DNA from: Octopus vulgaris
Taxonomy: Eukaryota
Assembly (NCBI GenBank): GCA_951406725.2
Contig: OX597818.1
Location: 74,400,001 to 74,464,000 of the forward strand
Reading direction: 5' to 3'
DNA length: 64,000 nucleotides
The notes under the pieces are model-generated. The model saw only the letters and a program-made list of their open reading frames with translations, made no database searches and was not told the DNA's origin. Numbering within the stretch: the first letter of the stretch is position 1; the number at the start of each line of letters is the position of its first letter. Below are positions 1 through 14,195 of the stretch, piece after piece. Both the position numbers and the translations under genes were made by a program.

Positions 1-1619
1 ATAGATAGATACATAGATATGTGTGTGTATATATGTGTGTATATACAATACATACATGTGTAAATATATATAAAATATACATATATACATACGAGAAGGT
101 GTAACCCATTTTATATATTGTTTTTAGCTTTTTTCTTCCTTTATTTATCTTTGACTAGTGATGAGTATCACCCAACGACCGAATGAAATAATCTAAGTGG
201 TCTAAAATAGTGAATGTCAGTAAGATCACTAAATCTGGCTGGCAGAAACAAAAATGTAACACCCGAAGAAGCATCCACATTGAATTGGAGTTAACTAAAA
301 TATTGATATTAATATTAAGATTATCTTAAGTAAAATTTTATGAACATGGAAAATTTTCACATGATAAACCATTAAGCATATGAATTTCCACATGCAGTAA
401 TTATTGTTATTATTATGTTTATCCTAAGCTGAAGGGAGTTCTACGTGTGTAACCATATAACCATAAAACACGGGAGATGGAATTAACAGGTGATAACGAA
501 AAAGAGAAGCATGAGAGCTTTTAAGAACTCATTCGAGCTTTTGGCCCTATTGATGATGTTCCCTCTATAGGTACAAATTTAATTCTTTCCCAAATAAATT
601 GCGCTTCATATTCGAGGCTCCGATGAAGCTGTACAGTGTTATTCACTCACTCAACTACGACTCAACAGCATCTTATAGCAGAAACAACAGTAAGGCTAAT
701 GAATTTCGTAAGATAATAATTTATTCCTTTCTCATCTCTCTTTCTCAGTACCGCTCTATATTCAGCCACCACTTCGTTCTGAAACATACGTATACTAACC
801 TCAACAGTGGGTGATTGGTCTCACAGTGCCTAAGCGAAATATGTGTGTGTGTGTGTGTTTGTACACATACATACATACATACAAAGGGAGAGAGAGAGGA
901 AGAGAAGGCGATAGGTTGTCAATAATTGAATTATGATTCCGTGTGATCTGAGTAATATATCAATTTGATAGTTTTATTTCAATATAAACACATACAAAGA
1001 AAGATCGCAATCTCTGGGTTTATGTATTGACCAATAAACATTTGGGAATTGGTCAGAAAAATGAGAATGGCTGTTTTATATAACTCTAGCCGCCTGACAT
1101 GCATGGATAATTTCCGTATTCCATTTCATTTTTTCCTAAGTATACCCATAGAAAATATCTACCTACACCTAAGATTGGTGAAATGGTCAAATACAAACGA
1201 AAGGACATATTAACCCAAATTTACTACTTACACCCTCAAAATGTTCAACAATACAAGCATTCATGATATAGCTTTGATAAAGGAAATAATGGTGTTGAAT
1301 TATGCTACGTAACATTTTAATCGATCAAATATGGGATCAATAAAATATGCATCAATATTTGCTATTGTATTTGAATTGCACGTACTCTAAATCATGCATA
1401 AATCTCTCTATTTTTGTGGATTTTTCTATCATATATTTGCTACTGTACACTAAATTTAAATAGAATTCATTCAGTATTTGATCTTTGGATTTACACTTTG
1501 GACAGGTTACAGGAAATGGATTTACAACCTACGTGGATTAAAATTTAGTTAGCCGGGTGTCATACCTTGAGAATGGCTACACAGCATTCACCGGCATCAT
1601 TTCATCTATTTTTCATTTA

Positions 1620-1701
<82 letters not shown>

Positions 1702-1709
1702 AACGAAGT

Positions 1710-2210
1710 GCTAGCGCTAAGCAGTGTTTAAAAATGAGCAGAATTTAGGTTAGTAGAAATATGTTAGCGACTTATTTTATCTGCTAAAAGGGAAATACAT
1801 TGCAGTTTCTGTGGAAAATACATCTCTCCTATGGTAAAAAGGTGCGAAAACACCCGATTCGTTCAGTGTCACCATCTATTAGGAATCTCAGACAACGATA
1901 TTTCAAGTTTCGCAGCTCTTGTCTATGAGATCTACCTAACAAAGGCAACTCTGAAAGAACTTTTAAGCCAAGTTAAAAAGGTGTGAAAACATCTAATCGA
2001 TATGAGCCAAGAAGCTTGAAACATAGATACCTGGAATTCCTAACATATGGTGACACTGAACGAACCGAGTGTTTTCACACCTTTTTACCATGAGATACGT
2101 TCTCCACAGTAACTGCAGTATATTTGCCTTTTAGCAGATGAAATATCTCTGAAACATATTTCAACTAATCTAAATTCTGCTCATGCCTAAACACTGCTTA
2201 GCGATACTAG
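1710..2210. repeat. Inverted repeat (MITE-like fold-back), arms about 165 bp
   Basis: 1710-1875 (gctaagcagtgttta...ttcgttcagtgtcaccat) is the diverged reverse complement of 2048-2210. Confidence 0.8.
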
Positions 2211-2380
2211 TGCAAATCATTCATGAAGCTACAGCTTCAGAAGTGCATTCAGAGTTGCATCATACACACACACACACACACATATATATATGTATGTATG
2301 TATATATGTATGTATATATGTATGTATGTATATATGTATGTATATATGTATATATATGTATATATGTATATTTAAATATT

Positions 2381-2450
<70 letters not shown>

Positions 2451-2454
2451 ATAT

Positions 2455-2642
2455 GGCATTGTGTTGGTCCAACATAAAAGCATGCAGTCAACGCTGCAAA
2501 GTGGTGGTGTTAGGAAGGGCATCCAGCCAGAAAACCCTTGCCAAACCAGAAGGGTGCCTAGACGTAGCCCCTGGCTTCTTGGCCCCTGTTAAACCGTTCA
2601 ACCCATGGAAAATGGACGTTAAATGATGATGATGATGATGAT
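2455..2642 (+). mobile_element. 3' part of a SINE/LINE tail with (GAT)n end
   Basis: ggtgttaggaagggcatccagcc...gacgttaaatgatgatgat, resembling RTE-type 3' tails. Confidence 0.5.
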
Positions 2643-2703
2643 GTGCATATCTATACATACAAATATTATGTATATATTTATATCTGTATTTATATATAGC
2701 TAC

Positions 2704-2751
<48 letters not shown>

Positions 2752-3058
2752 TAACTTTATGAAACGGATAATTTAATAAAATGTTATACATGTACGTCTC
2801 AGATGGTGTAGATGAGGATTAGATTGGAATTTATTGTGTAAAGCATTTTTCTGTCATTTCTAAATAAATTCAAATGGAGCCGAACCTTAACGTGGTTGTT
2901 TAGCATACTAGAAATAGCAGTTATTTGCCATAACGAAACAGCCACTATTCTGATCTGCTAATACGCCGCAAAGAGGAAAGAAGTCTTTTGCAGTAAACTA
3001 GGCGCCGTGATTATTTGATCTGGGAGCAATCGATCCAATCAGCTTAAGCCCGGCTCTG

Positions 3059-3099
<41 letters not shown>

Positions 3100-3713
3100 G
3101 ATAGTGGTACAACAATACACCAATATTTACTGGAAATAGCAGTCGATAATATACGACGTACTGGAAATAGCAGTCGATAATATACGACGCTATCTATTTA
3201 ATTTATATATATATATTTATATATATACATACACAAGTTAGAAATAATGATCATTACATTTGTTTCGTTTATTAGAGCAAATATGACATACAGCTGTTTC
3301 CAGTAATCATATAGGTACATTACCGATAGGTTTACTCAATAGTTCCTTTGCTCAATTGAGGTGAATTGAACAACCTAAGAAAATCAATGCTAATTTTGTC
3401 AGAGCAATTTGTCGTTATAACAATCAGGGCACTGGAGGAATGGCTATTGTATGGAGAAGGTGAGAGGAGAGGATGGAAATATTCAATTAAAATAGAGAAG
3501 AGAGGAAGACATTTTGCAAAGGTGTGAAAGTAGGTAACGGGGTGGTATAGGAGTTACTTACTTGGAGAAGAAGCATTGTATTGCCAAATATGGACGAGGG
3601 ATAGTCTAAAACATTAGTGTTTGTAGCCAGAGCAGCACCAATTGACATATTAGCGTTGTATATAAGTTACATATTTTCCAGCTATTGTTTTGAAATTCGA
3701 TTTGGTCAGTCCA

Positions 3714-3950
<237 letters not shown>

Positions 3951-4333
3951 TCACTGACAGAAGAGTGACTTTGCTTACCGTACTACGGTTTGGACGCGTT
4001 TTCTTCCCGGTAAGAGTTTTGCTGTGTTGTTAATTGTGTTGTTACTGAAAATTTGCCTTTAAACGTTGCTGAACTGTCTTGTTCTCCGGTTTTACCGGGA
4101 AATAATTGAATAATTTCTTACCGTTGAACTGTTAGCCACTGTGGTTTTTTATTTACGTGACTATATATAGTCCTGCCAGACTATTTTCGTGCCCCTCCCC
4201 CGAATGGGGGTGGGAATTGGAATTTTTGAACTGCTTTTTTTAACTACTTTGGAAGAAAAACTTTCTATAGGTTTCCCAGTTTTGTGGGAAACCAATTCTT
4301 GTAATTTTTGTGTTGTATAATTTCAACAGAATA

Positions 4334-5734
4334 ATGTCTGTTGAAATTATTCACGAAAGTAGTGCTATTGGGGAGAGCAATGTTATAAAATTTTCTGCGG
4401 TAGCCGCAGTGGCTACCGAGAACATTGACATCGATGTCAACCAGCTCGTCGAGCTATTTAAAAGAATGCAAGAGGAGGGTGGTGATGTTAAAATATCACC
4501 CTCCGCCAGTATCGTGGAGACCGAGAAGCGGACCGTAGTGTTTAAAACTTTCTGTCCACAAAGCAGAAGGTTCAAACACTTTGAAAAAGCACCATCGAGA
4601 AATGCCTGTCCCCGATTTGGAAGGACATCGTGTACGTCGCCAGGGGACGGGCATATGGCACTGTGGATGTCCGCTTCTCGGGGGAAGAAATGGCCCGCGG
4701 GCATTCTGTGAACCCCCTAAAAACCAAGGAGGTGGTACTTTTCCCAAGCTATAGGGGACGCATGACGTCCCGGGTCAGGATTGTAGAAGCCCCGCCGGAA
4801 GTAGATCCGGTAGAGGTAGTGGCCGCCCTGTTATATAAAAGGGCGGACAAAATAAAAATACTACAAGTAACATGCTCTACCCCTCTATTTTGGCTCGGGC
4901 GTAACATTAATATATTAATTCAAGGAACAGCGGAGGACCTACAGCTCCTTCCTGAGAGGGTGCTCGTGGGCGAGAACGTAGCCCTCAGGGTACAGGTCGA
5001 AGGCCGAAAACCCACCTGTTACGCCTGCGGCAAAAGGGCCACATTCGTGTAGACTGTCCAGACAAGCAAAAGAAACCGCAGACACCAGGCCCCTCAGATA
5101 ATAAAAAAGTTCCTACCCTTGCAAACACACCTACCCCTACAAAAACAAAAAATCCCACTCCCGCTGTTACGGTGCCAACTCCAAAACAGACTGAAGAAAA
5201 AACCCAGCCCTCGCACTCACAAACCCCTACACTATTAAAATCTCCCACCCCCCTAAAAACTGCGGCGCCTACCGAACAAACTATTGCCACCCCAGACGAT
5301 ACCATGGAGGTATCAGAGGGGGGATTTACACCAGTTCGTAAAAGAATTCGTGCAGCATCCCCGTCCACATCCCCTAGAAAAAATAATAAAAACAAAGACA
5401 CACCACAGACACGGAAAAAAAATCCCGCTCAACTGGCCCAGAAAAAGAAGACAAAAAAGAAAATGAACTCATATTAATTGAATTCGACACACAAGACAAA
5501 TACATAAACGATATTGTGGTTCAGCATCAGTCAGCAAGACTGTACAACAAATACAAAGATCGAAATAGACACGCGTGGATTGCGGAAACAACGTTCAAAC
5601 AATTAAAAGACAGACACCCAAACGCCATCCGGCATATCGCGAACTTGCCGGACTATCTGAAGAAAGAGGAGAAAGAAGGGGCCCACAAACGTGTGGTGAG
5701 GTCGGCCCCCACCTCTCCAACGAAATGTAAGTAG
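4334..5734 (+). pseudogene. Tx1 ORF1 (gag-like nucleic-acid-binding protein), frameshifted
   Basis: ATG at 4334 (MSVEIIHESS...). Successive frames 4310, 4630, 5172 and 5516. Zinc knuckle CYACG-x-GHIRVDC across a 1-nt frameshift at about 5017-5057, followed by a P/T/K-rich region. Confidence 0.75.
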
Positions 5735-5751
5735 AACTTTTACTTTTTGTA

Positions 5752-8700
5752 ATGGCTTCGCTTAACCTTGGTTGTTTAAATGTGCGTGGTCTGAGTTCGA
5801 AGTGGAAGCAGGCTTGTTTCCTCGACGACCTCAGATCACATGATATACATGTGATGGTTGCTACAGAGACCAAGCTGGACAGCCTACAAACCTTCTCGCC
5901 TCTCCTGAATGGCTACGAGAAAATCATGTCTCCTGGCCAGACCGGAGGGCGAGGGGGCGTAGTGGTACTGATCCGTAAAGACTTGGCTCTACAGACAAGT
6001 ACAGTCTATGTAGACCTAGAAGGTGGGCTGGTCGTCCTTGATGTGACATACAGCAGTAAGGCCTTCAGGTTGATCGGACTCTATGCACCTTGTGCTAGAG
6101 GTTTCCAAACTGATTTTTATCGGCGCCTAGAGGGCTTTCTCGTGACGTCGAAGACTTTAGTGATATTAGGGGACTTTAATGCTATCGTTGACGTACACAT
6201 CGATAGCGTTGGCTCGATCTATAGGAAAGTGAACTCACGTCTCGTGGATCTGCTTAAGCGGTTTCAGCTGGCAGATCGTTACAGACTTGACCATCCGAAC
6301 GTCCCAGAGTGGACCTGGATGAGTGGCGACGGAAGGTTCAAGTCTTATCTAGACAGGATAGTGATAAGAACTAGAGATAAGTCTAGTTTTAGTTGTCCAC
6401 AGCTCGTCCAGGTGCCCTATACTGACCATAGAATGGTCACGTGTAGACTGGACATAGATAGCACACTTAAGATAGGAACCGGCTACTGGAAGCTGAACAA
6501 GTCTATTTTGACACGCGAGGCATACCGTAGCCGGATTAAGGTGTTAGTGCAGAGGGCGTTAACGTTAAGAACTTCGAGAGGATTTAGTAAACGTTGAGGT
6601 TGGGCTCTGCATCTCACATTTTAGCGGCGAGAACGGCATTAGACCGTCACCTCAAAACCAAACATGAGGGATGTAGAGTCCGGGCTAAAGTACGAGCATT
6701 GGGCCGTGAGGGAATTAATGTTGCCGGATGGGCCCGTACGATAGAAACACAGCGTGGAAACGATGCCACAATTGGGTCTCTTGTTGATGAAAACGGATGC
6801 ACGATCAAGAAGCGGGACGAGATGTGTGAGGCACTTCACAAGCACTTCGCCGAGTTGTTCGGGAGGTGCGGGACGCTGGATCATAGTGAGGCCCTTAGGG
6901 ACTTCCTGTCTGGTGGCCCGCGCCTCTCGACACGAGAGGCTGAGTGCTGTGAAGGGCCAATCACAGCCGAGGAAGTAATCGAGGTGTTGGGCAAGTGCCC
7001 CGGGGAGAAGTCGCCGGGTCTCGATGGTCTGCCCTATGAATTTTATAGAAGTATGCCAGACTTGTTCGGGCACCTGCTGGCTAGCGTCTACGCCAACTGG
7101 CAACAGAATGGGAGAATTCCCAAGTCTGCGAGCCGGGGGGCGGTGACGTTGATCAGGAAGGACCCGAACAAGGGGGACGAGATAGGGAACTTCAGGCCCA
7201 TAACTCTGTTAAACACAGAGTTAAAGATTCTGGCCAAGGTGCTAGCAAAAAGGTTGGCGCGGGTCGTGGACAAACTTGTCGGGGAAGCGCAAACGTGCGC
7301 TATCCCCTGCAGAACGATCCACGACAATCTCCACCTTATACGCTACTCCTTAGAGAGGGTGGGGAAGCTTTCTGGCGCAGGGGGAGCACTGGTACATTTA
7401 GACCAGTCCAAAGCATTTGATAGGGTCGACCATCGGTACCTGGCGGCGGTCCTCGGAGAGGCTGGCCTAGGCCCGACCTTTCGAGGTTGGATCGCTGCTT
7501 TGTATAGCGACATCGAGTCTGTAGTCAAGGTGAACGGTTCCTTTTCGAAGCCGTTCAGGATCGAGCGTTCAGTTCGTCAAGGGTGTCCCCTATCCTCGCT
7601 CCTATACGTATTGGCTCTTGAGCCTTTGCTGCGGAAGTTGGAGGCACTAGGGGCGCGCCGCATGATCTATGGTGTGGAAGAGGAGCTACGGCGTATGCGG
7701 ATGACACCTCCATCATCGTGGCAGACGAAGGCCAGCTTCCAGTGGTGGAAGAGGCCATCAAAAGCTACGAGGCGGTGGCAGGAGCAAAGGTTAACAAGGA
7801 CAAGTCGGTCGGTTTGCAACTCGGCACCTGGAGGGGCAAGCCGATGCCGTCCAATAACGTCGTAGGGCGTTGGACGGAAGGTCCTGTTAAGCTGCTCGGA
7901 GTCTGGTTCGGGCCAGACCTCCAGATTGAGAAAAATTGGAGTGAGGTGGCCAACAAGGTGACCGCTCTAACCCAGACCTGGTCTGGGCGGGCGTTATCCC
8001 TGCTAGGGAAGGCGGAGGTGGTGCAGATGTTTATAGCATCAGTAATCACCTACCGTCTGACCGTGGTGCCTTGCCCCGATTTGTGGCTGAACAAGTTGGA
8101 GAGAATCCTTTTCCGATTTTTGTGGAAAGGAGGAAAGCCACTTGTAAAGCGCTCTGTCTGCTGCCAGAAACCGCTAAAGGGTGGGCTAGGGATGCCTTGG
8201 CTGAGGATGCGAAAACTCGCGTTAAGGTTGAGGCACCTCTGGCTTTACCTGGATGGAGAGCAGGTGTGGTCACCGCACGTCCGGTTCTACCTTCCCCAGT
8301 TAACATACCTAACGGACATCGGTGCATGGATCAAGCGGAGACCTAAACTGAGTGAATGGCATTTGGAGTGCCGTCAGGCGCTCCAGCTACTATCTCGGGT
8401 GGGCAACGCCGGCAACAGGAGTTCCACCACGGATTTCTATAGCGGGTTAGTGGAGATTAAGTCCGAAGACGCATTGGGGGAGACCCTGGGCTACGATGAA
8501 AATCAGTTGGTCAACCTGTTCCGGAGGACGTTCGGGCCGGGGTATCTGGATAATTACCAGAAATCCCTGGCCTGGCAGTGTTTCCGTGCGGCTTTACCTG
8601 TTCGCGACAAGCTGTCAAGGCACGGCAGTGCCGTCTCGCCGACATGCCCGGGATGTGAGCAGGATAGGGAGACCGTCTTGCACGCATTCGTGGAGTGTCC

Positions 8701-9046
8701 GGAGTTATCGGGACTGATAGCTTTTGTTGAACAACTGTTGTCAGTGATGGGAAGAGTACAGCTATCAGCTGAGTCTATCATCGAGATTGTGCCGCCCCCT
8801 TTCCTTAACAGGGAAAGAAAGGCTTGTTTTTTCTGTGTAGTAGCCATACTGAAAGAAACAGTATGGAAGACGCGTACGAAAGGTATAGTGACAGGCACCT
8901 TTGTCTCCGGCCAGGGGTTGATTAACTTTTTTAGTTACCACCTCAGTAGCAAAATCATGCTGGAGAAGAGGTGTCTGTCACGAGATATGTTTGTGAAAAG
9001 ATGGAAGCCTGTGGCATACAAGATGGGTATGTTTGGCACCAGGTAA
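5752..9046 (+). pseudogene. Tx1 ORF2: AP endonuclease + reverse transcriptase + C-terminal zinc finger, broken into three frames
   Basis: APE motifs LNVRGL, ATETK, LGDFN, YLDRI, TDH. RT motifs KSPGLDG, FRPITLLN, DQSKAFDRV, VRQGCPLS, and YADD (tatgcggatgac, 7694-7705, in frame with 7718..9046). C-terminal CPGC...H...C. Breaks near 6560-6600 and about 7660. Confidence 0.93.
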
Positions 9047-9274
9047 GTGTGACTGGATCAGAAAGTAAAGGTTCTACCCGGATGGCCGGGTGTCCGTCCT
9101 TCTACATGATAATTAATATTTTTAAACATTGCCTTCGTAAAATTCATTGTTTATAATCTTATCCTTATTTTCATTCGAAAATTGTAACTGTGTTAAGCTA
9201 CTTCACCCTTTATATTTGTCTGTCCTTGTTTGTCCCCTCTTTGTAAATGCCTAAATGGCAAATTATATGAAATA

Positions 9275-9640
9275 AAGTAGCTTGCTAACCAACCACATGG
9301 TTCCGGGTTCAGTCCCACTGCGTGGCATCTTGGGCAAGTGTCTTCTGCTGTAGCCCCGGGCCGACCAATGCCTTGTGAGTGGATATGGTAGACGGAAACT
9401 GAAAGAAGCCTGTCGTATATATGTATATATATATATGTATGTGTGTGTGTGTTTGTGTGTCTGTGTTTGTCCCCCTAGCATTACTTCGTCCCCGTCAAGA
9501 TGGGTATGTTTGCGGTTCGGCAAAAGAGAACGATAGAATAAGTACTGGGCTTACAAAGAATAAGTCCCGGGGTCGATTTGCTCGACTAAAGGTGGTGCTC
9601 CAGCATGGCCGCAGTCAAATGATTGAAACAAGTAAAAGAG
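9275..9640 (+). mobile_element. 3' remainder of the interrupted SINE
   Basis: B-box-like ggttcagtccc, CORE-like cttgggcaagtgtc, internal (TA)(TG) tract, tail ccagcatggccgcagtcaaatga.tgaaacaagtaaaa. Colinear with the reverse complement of 11687-12055. Confidence 0.88.
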
Positions 9641-9653
9641 AGAGAGTAAAGTG

Positions 9654-9722
<69 letters not shown>

Positions 9723-10272
9723 TATATAAAATCCGTTCTGTCTGTGTGTCTTCCAGGACCTCGGGCATCCGCCATCCGATTGCGCTCAGATTTGATATGT
9801 AGATATCGATGGTTTCAGGGTTTGTATGTGTCTTGAAAAAATTACAAAAATTCATTCCAGGTGCGAATGCGATCGATAAAGCTATTTTTGTCCTGCTTTT
9901 CTTCCATCAACCTGTACATAACTGCACCTTCCATTTCTTGTTGTTTTTGTACTGCTTAAAGCACATTTCTTTCCTGCCAAGTTTACTGTTTAAACCCAGT
10001 TTGTGTTCTCCCTGTCAACAGCCTTATCATTACTGGTACTTTAAACTCTTCGGTTGCATATTTGTGTGAATAAAATCGTTCTTCTTTGGAATAGCAAAAA
10101 AGTCTATCTTTATTTCTTCTTTTGCTGGTGTCTCAAATTTAGGTTAAGTCAGTGTTTCTCAAAAAGGAGGCCTATGGGACGGTCGGACAAGGTGTTATGA
10201 GAAAATTTGGTTTAAATGTTGACAACTCAGCACCGTCCATTGGACGTTGACGTTTTGCTCGTATATATATAT

Positions 10273-11057
10273 ATGTCGAGTTGACTAATCTTGAAACGTA
10301 CGTTCTCAAATAACCTTTGCATTTGATTTTTTAATGTCTTTACCCCCATACTTTCGTGAGTTGAATTGAGCAAACACTATATGAGAGAGATTTTCTTTAA
10401 GTATTAGAAATAGTTTTAAAAAAAGTTTTTTTAGCTGCTATTTCTAATGAGTTCAGTATGTGGCAAAGTAATTTATTTTACTAAGCCCTTTTATATAAAA
10501 TGTAATAATTTGAATTCGCCTTAAATGGTCCCTTTACATACTGAATACTTGGTGAAATTGATTAATAATTAATTAATTTTACCCTCAATTGTTGAAATTA
10601 TAATTCATCTCTCTCTATTTAATGCTTCGGATTTTACCGAAAAAGCATAGTGTTTACTGATTTTAACCCACGCTGGTGGAAAGGGGAGAGCAGAAATTCT
10701 TCGCTTGCATATCTTGGGTTTGCTGGCACTGTTAGTTTCGAGCAGATCTTCAGAAGCGATAAGAAGCCGAAAGGGTATGCTCCCATTTTCAGTGTTTTCA
10801 AATCCAAACCAAGGAGTTCTGAGCTGATGATAGAAATGTCGAGTTGACTAATCTTGAAACGTACGTTCTCAAATAACCTTTGCATTTGATTTTTAATGTC
10901 TTTACCCCCATACTTTCGTGAGTTGAATTGAGCAAACACTATATGAGAGAGATTTTCTTTAAGTATTAGAAATAGTTTTAAAAAAGTTTTTTTAGCTGCT
11001 ATTTCTAATGAGTTCAGTATGTGGCAAAGTAATTTATTTTACTAAGCCCTTTTATAT

Positions 11058-11060
<3 letters not shown>
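10273..11060 (+). repeat. Tandem direct repeat: 563-bp unit plus a ~225-bp partial copy, flanked by (TA)n
   Basis: 10273-10500 is nearly identical to 10836-11060. Confidence 0.92.
10820..10871 (+). ncRNA. Minimal type I hammerhead ribozyme candidate
   Basis: tgag-CTGATGA-t-aga.aat.gtc.gagtt.gac.taa.tct-t-GAAAC-GTAC-GTT^ctca: 4-bp stem I, stem II, palindromic loop III. Confidence 0.7.
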
Positions 11061-11097
<37 letters not shown>

Positions 11098-11686
11098 TGT
11101 ATGTATGTGCGCGTATGTATTTACTCGATAAACGAAGTAACACGGGAATATATTTTAAAATCTATTAGCACATATACGTTTAAATCAATAGCAGTTACAT
11201 ATTTTCACATGTATTTTATTCGATTATCAATTTCCGCATTGGCTATTAAGTATTTTTTCTTTTTAATTTCTCTACTGTTAAGTATGTTAGCTAAGACCGA
11301 CATAAGGTGGAGCGAATTTACTAATGCTGGTGTTTATTATTCCTATTTATTTCTTAGAGAATAATAAAGAAAACGTAAATTCGAAAAAGAAGTATTCCTT
11401 AACGACATGATCTGTCTGTAGATACACACACTGGCACAGATGCACACACACACGCACACACACACACACATACATATAATATATACATATATGGCTTTTA
11501 TTCTTTTAGTTGTTTTAGTCATTTGACAGCTACCGTGCTGGAGCATTGCCTTAAAGAGTTATAGTTGAACAAATCGACCCCGGGACTTATTTGTTAAGCG
11601 TAGTGTTTATTCTATTGGACACATTTTACAGGACGTAAACACACTATATATATATATATATACATATATATATTTCTTTCTTTTTT

Positions 11687-12055
11687 CTTTTACTTGTTTC
11701 AGTCATTTGACTGCGGCCATGCTGGAGCACCGCCTCTAGTCGAGCAAACCGACCCCGGGACTTATTCTTTGTAAGCCTAGTACTTATTTTATCGGTCTCT
11801 TTTGCCGAACCGCTAAGTTACGGGGACAAAATCACACCATGCTAGGGGGACAAACACAGACACACAAACGTACACACACACATATATATATATATACATA
11901 TATATGACGGGCTCCTTTCAGTTTCCATCTACCAAGGCTTTGGTCGGCCCGAGGCTATAGTAGAAGACACTGGCCCAAGGTGCCACGCAGTGGGATTGAA
12001 CCCGGAACCATGTGGTTGGTAGGCAAGCTACTTACCACACAGCCACTCCTACGCC
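11687..12055 (-). mobile_element. Intact copy of the same tRNA-derived SINE
   Basis: Reverse complement reads ggcgtaggagtggctgtgtggtaagtagcttgcctaccaaccacatggttccgggttcaatccc... Further diverged fragments near 11500-11645, 13150-13210, 24378-24530 and 25130-25330. Confidence 0.88.
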
Positions 12056-14144
12056 AATATATATATACTAATATATATATACTTATATATATTTATTTGT
12101 ATGTATGCTTGTATGTATTGGAATTGGTGTATGTGCACCAATATTCTTCCTGTGCTATCATTACGTGCGGTTTTTATATCTGTACATTACTAAAATTGTT
12201 AGGGATCTTCCGTTGATGTACTCTGAAAAACCTACGAAGTGAATTGTATGAGTAATGCATGTACCGCATGTTCTAAAACGAATACACCAAAACGATTCCT
12301 TCATATTGTTTCGTTTTCCTTATTCTAGCAAAGACAGCTTTGTCTAGCTATACTACTACACATAAATAAAGAATGATTTAATATTATAATAGCTGTAGTG
12401 CTCTGTTAGATAGAAAATAACAGTTCTGAATATAGAGAATCCAATGAAACGGAATAGATAGATTTCCTCTGATACATGAGACAAAAATCGTTTTCGTATC
12501 ATATATTATGATTAACGACTTTAATCTATAAATGTATATATAACTTAGTTGTTGTCTTTTTGCTTTTATATATATATATCTATGTATATATATATGTGTG
12601 TGTGTGCGTGTGTGTGTGTGTGAGTGCGTATGTGTGTGTGTGCGTGTGTGTATATATGTATCTGTTTGTGTGTACATATATATGTATAGTTTTTCCTTTC
12701 AAAGCAGTATTATATATTTTCAATCCAGTTTTCTCTGGCATTGAGATTATCATGAAGATTTGATAGTGGATAAGATATACTGTAATTCATTTGATTCAAG
12801 AACCACATGATATTACGTAAAAATAGTATTTCTTTCTAACCACAGCGAAAGCAAAATAATTTAGTCCCGAGATTCATAGCATATACCAATTGGTTTTTAT
12901 TTGATTTTTTATTTATTTTATATATTGTCAGCCGCTATTGAATTTCAGAAAACTTTTGCACAACGTGTATGTTAAATATCGGCTATATTCATAAAATAAG
13001 GTGATTTTTCATCGTAAGTTTTTATTCATTGGATGTATATAACATAATGTAAGTTCACACCAATGGAAACGAGAAAGCACTGAGTGGCTGGTGTTCGACT
13101 GAATAAGCTTGTTTCTCATACGTAGTTATTGCCTTGTCGTGGGAAGAAATCATTAGGCATGGCCATGTGGTTAACAAGCTTGCTTTTCAATCACTTGGTT
13201 TCGGCTACAGCCCCATGCAGTTTGTTCGATGATATCAATTCCAGACGGCGCCCTATCCTGGCTGCAGTTCGATGCCTGAAAGAAGTAAAAGGTAAATTAT
13301 CTCGATTCACATTTTTGATACAATCACTCATATAGCCGTACTAATTACGCAATAGAAATTACATCAAGTATCATTAAATGTATATTTTTAATGGTAGCTC
13401 ATCTCTGACAAATTCCAATTCTGATTCCACTTAACCTATTTAACGTATTAATAAAATTCCGTTTACTAAAGGTTATGAAATAAAATACACATCGTGATAC
13501 AAACATACACACATACACACACAAACAGTCGCACACGCAAACAGTCACACCCCCACATGCACACACACAAACAAACAGACACACGCGTATCTGTATACAC
13601 ACACACACACACACACGCAAGCAGACAGACATACACACATGCACATACATGCACACTCGTGATTATCGTAAGACATTCTTGCCCAAGATATTGCGCAATA
13701 GGAATGAAGATAAAATCCTGTGATCTTAAATTGAGGCATTTCTAAAAAATCCTCCCTCCGATTTAAATGCGTTTATGTAAACATGCACAGAGTACACCTT
13801 CTGTAAATCATCTCTTTTGATCCTTTATTTTATCTTTTCGAGTTTAGTTAAGAATATCATTCCAACAGAATATCTAGGAAAACTTGAAACCGAATGATGC
13901 AGTAGATGTCTATAGTAGTAGCAATATGCATTGTATACTAAACACTATCTTGTTTGTTTAAGAGGAAATCACATATGTTCATTTTGTTTTCGACTTTTCC
14001 TTTTTATTCTCTTGTGTTTTATGTGTATGAGTATATTTCCAGCAAGACGATATTGGTGAGAATTTGGTATTAAAAAAGCCGCAGGCGGCTGATACCAAAA
14101 GTAAAGCAACAACAGCAATAACAATAACAGTAGTAGTAGTAGTC

Positions 14145-14195
<51 letters not shown>

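Larger units (their letters stand above)
3951..9274 (+). mobile_element. Near-full-length Tx1-clade (L1-like) non-LTR retrotransposon
   Basis: GC-richer 5.3-kb block with 5'UTR, ORF1 (CCHC knuckle), ORF2 (APE, RT, C-terminal CCHC) and a 3'UTR ending in AATAAA. TSD aagtagc(t)ttgctaacc at 3934-3950 and 9275-9290. Confidence 0.92.

Noticed and set aside
3128-3189. 31-bp tandem duplication
   Set aside because: Ordinary local slippage duplication.
6639-8898. Antisense and alternative-frame ORFs within the LINE
   Set aside because: Shadow ORFs of the GC-richer Tx1 ORF2.
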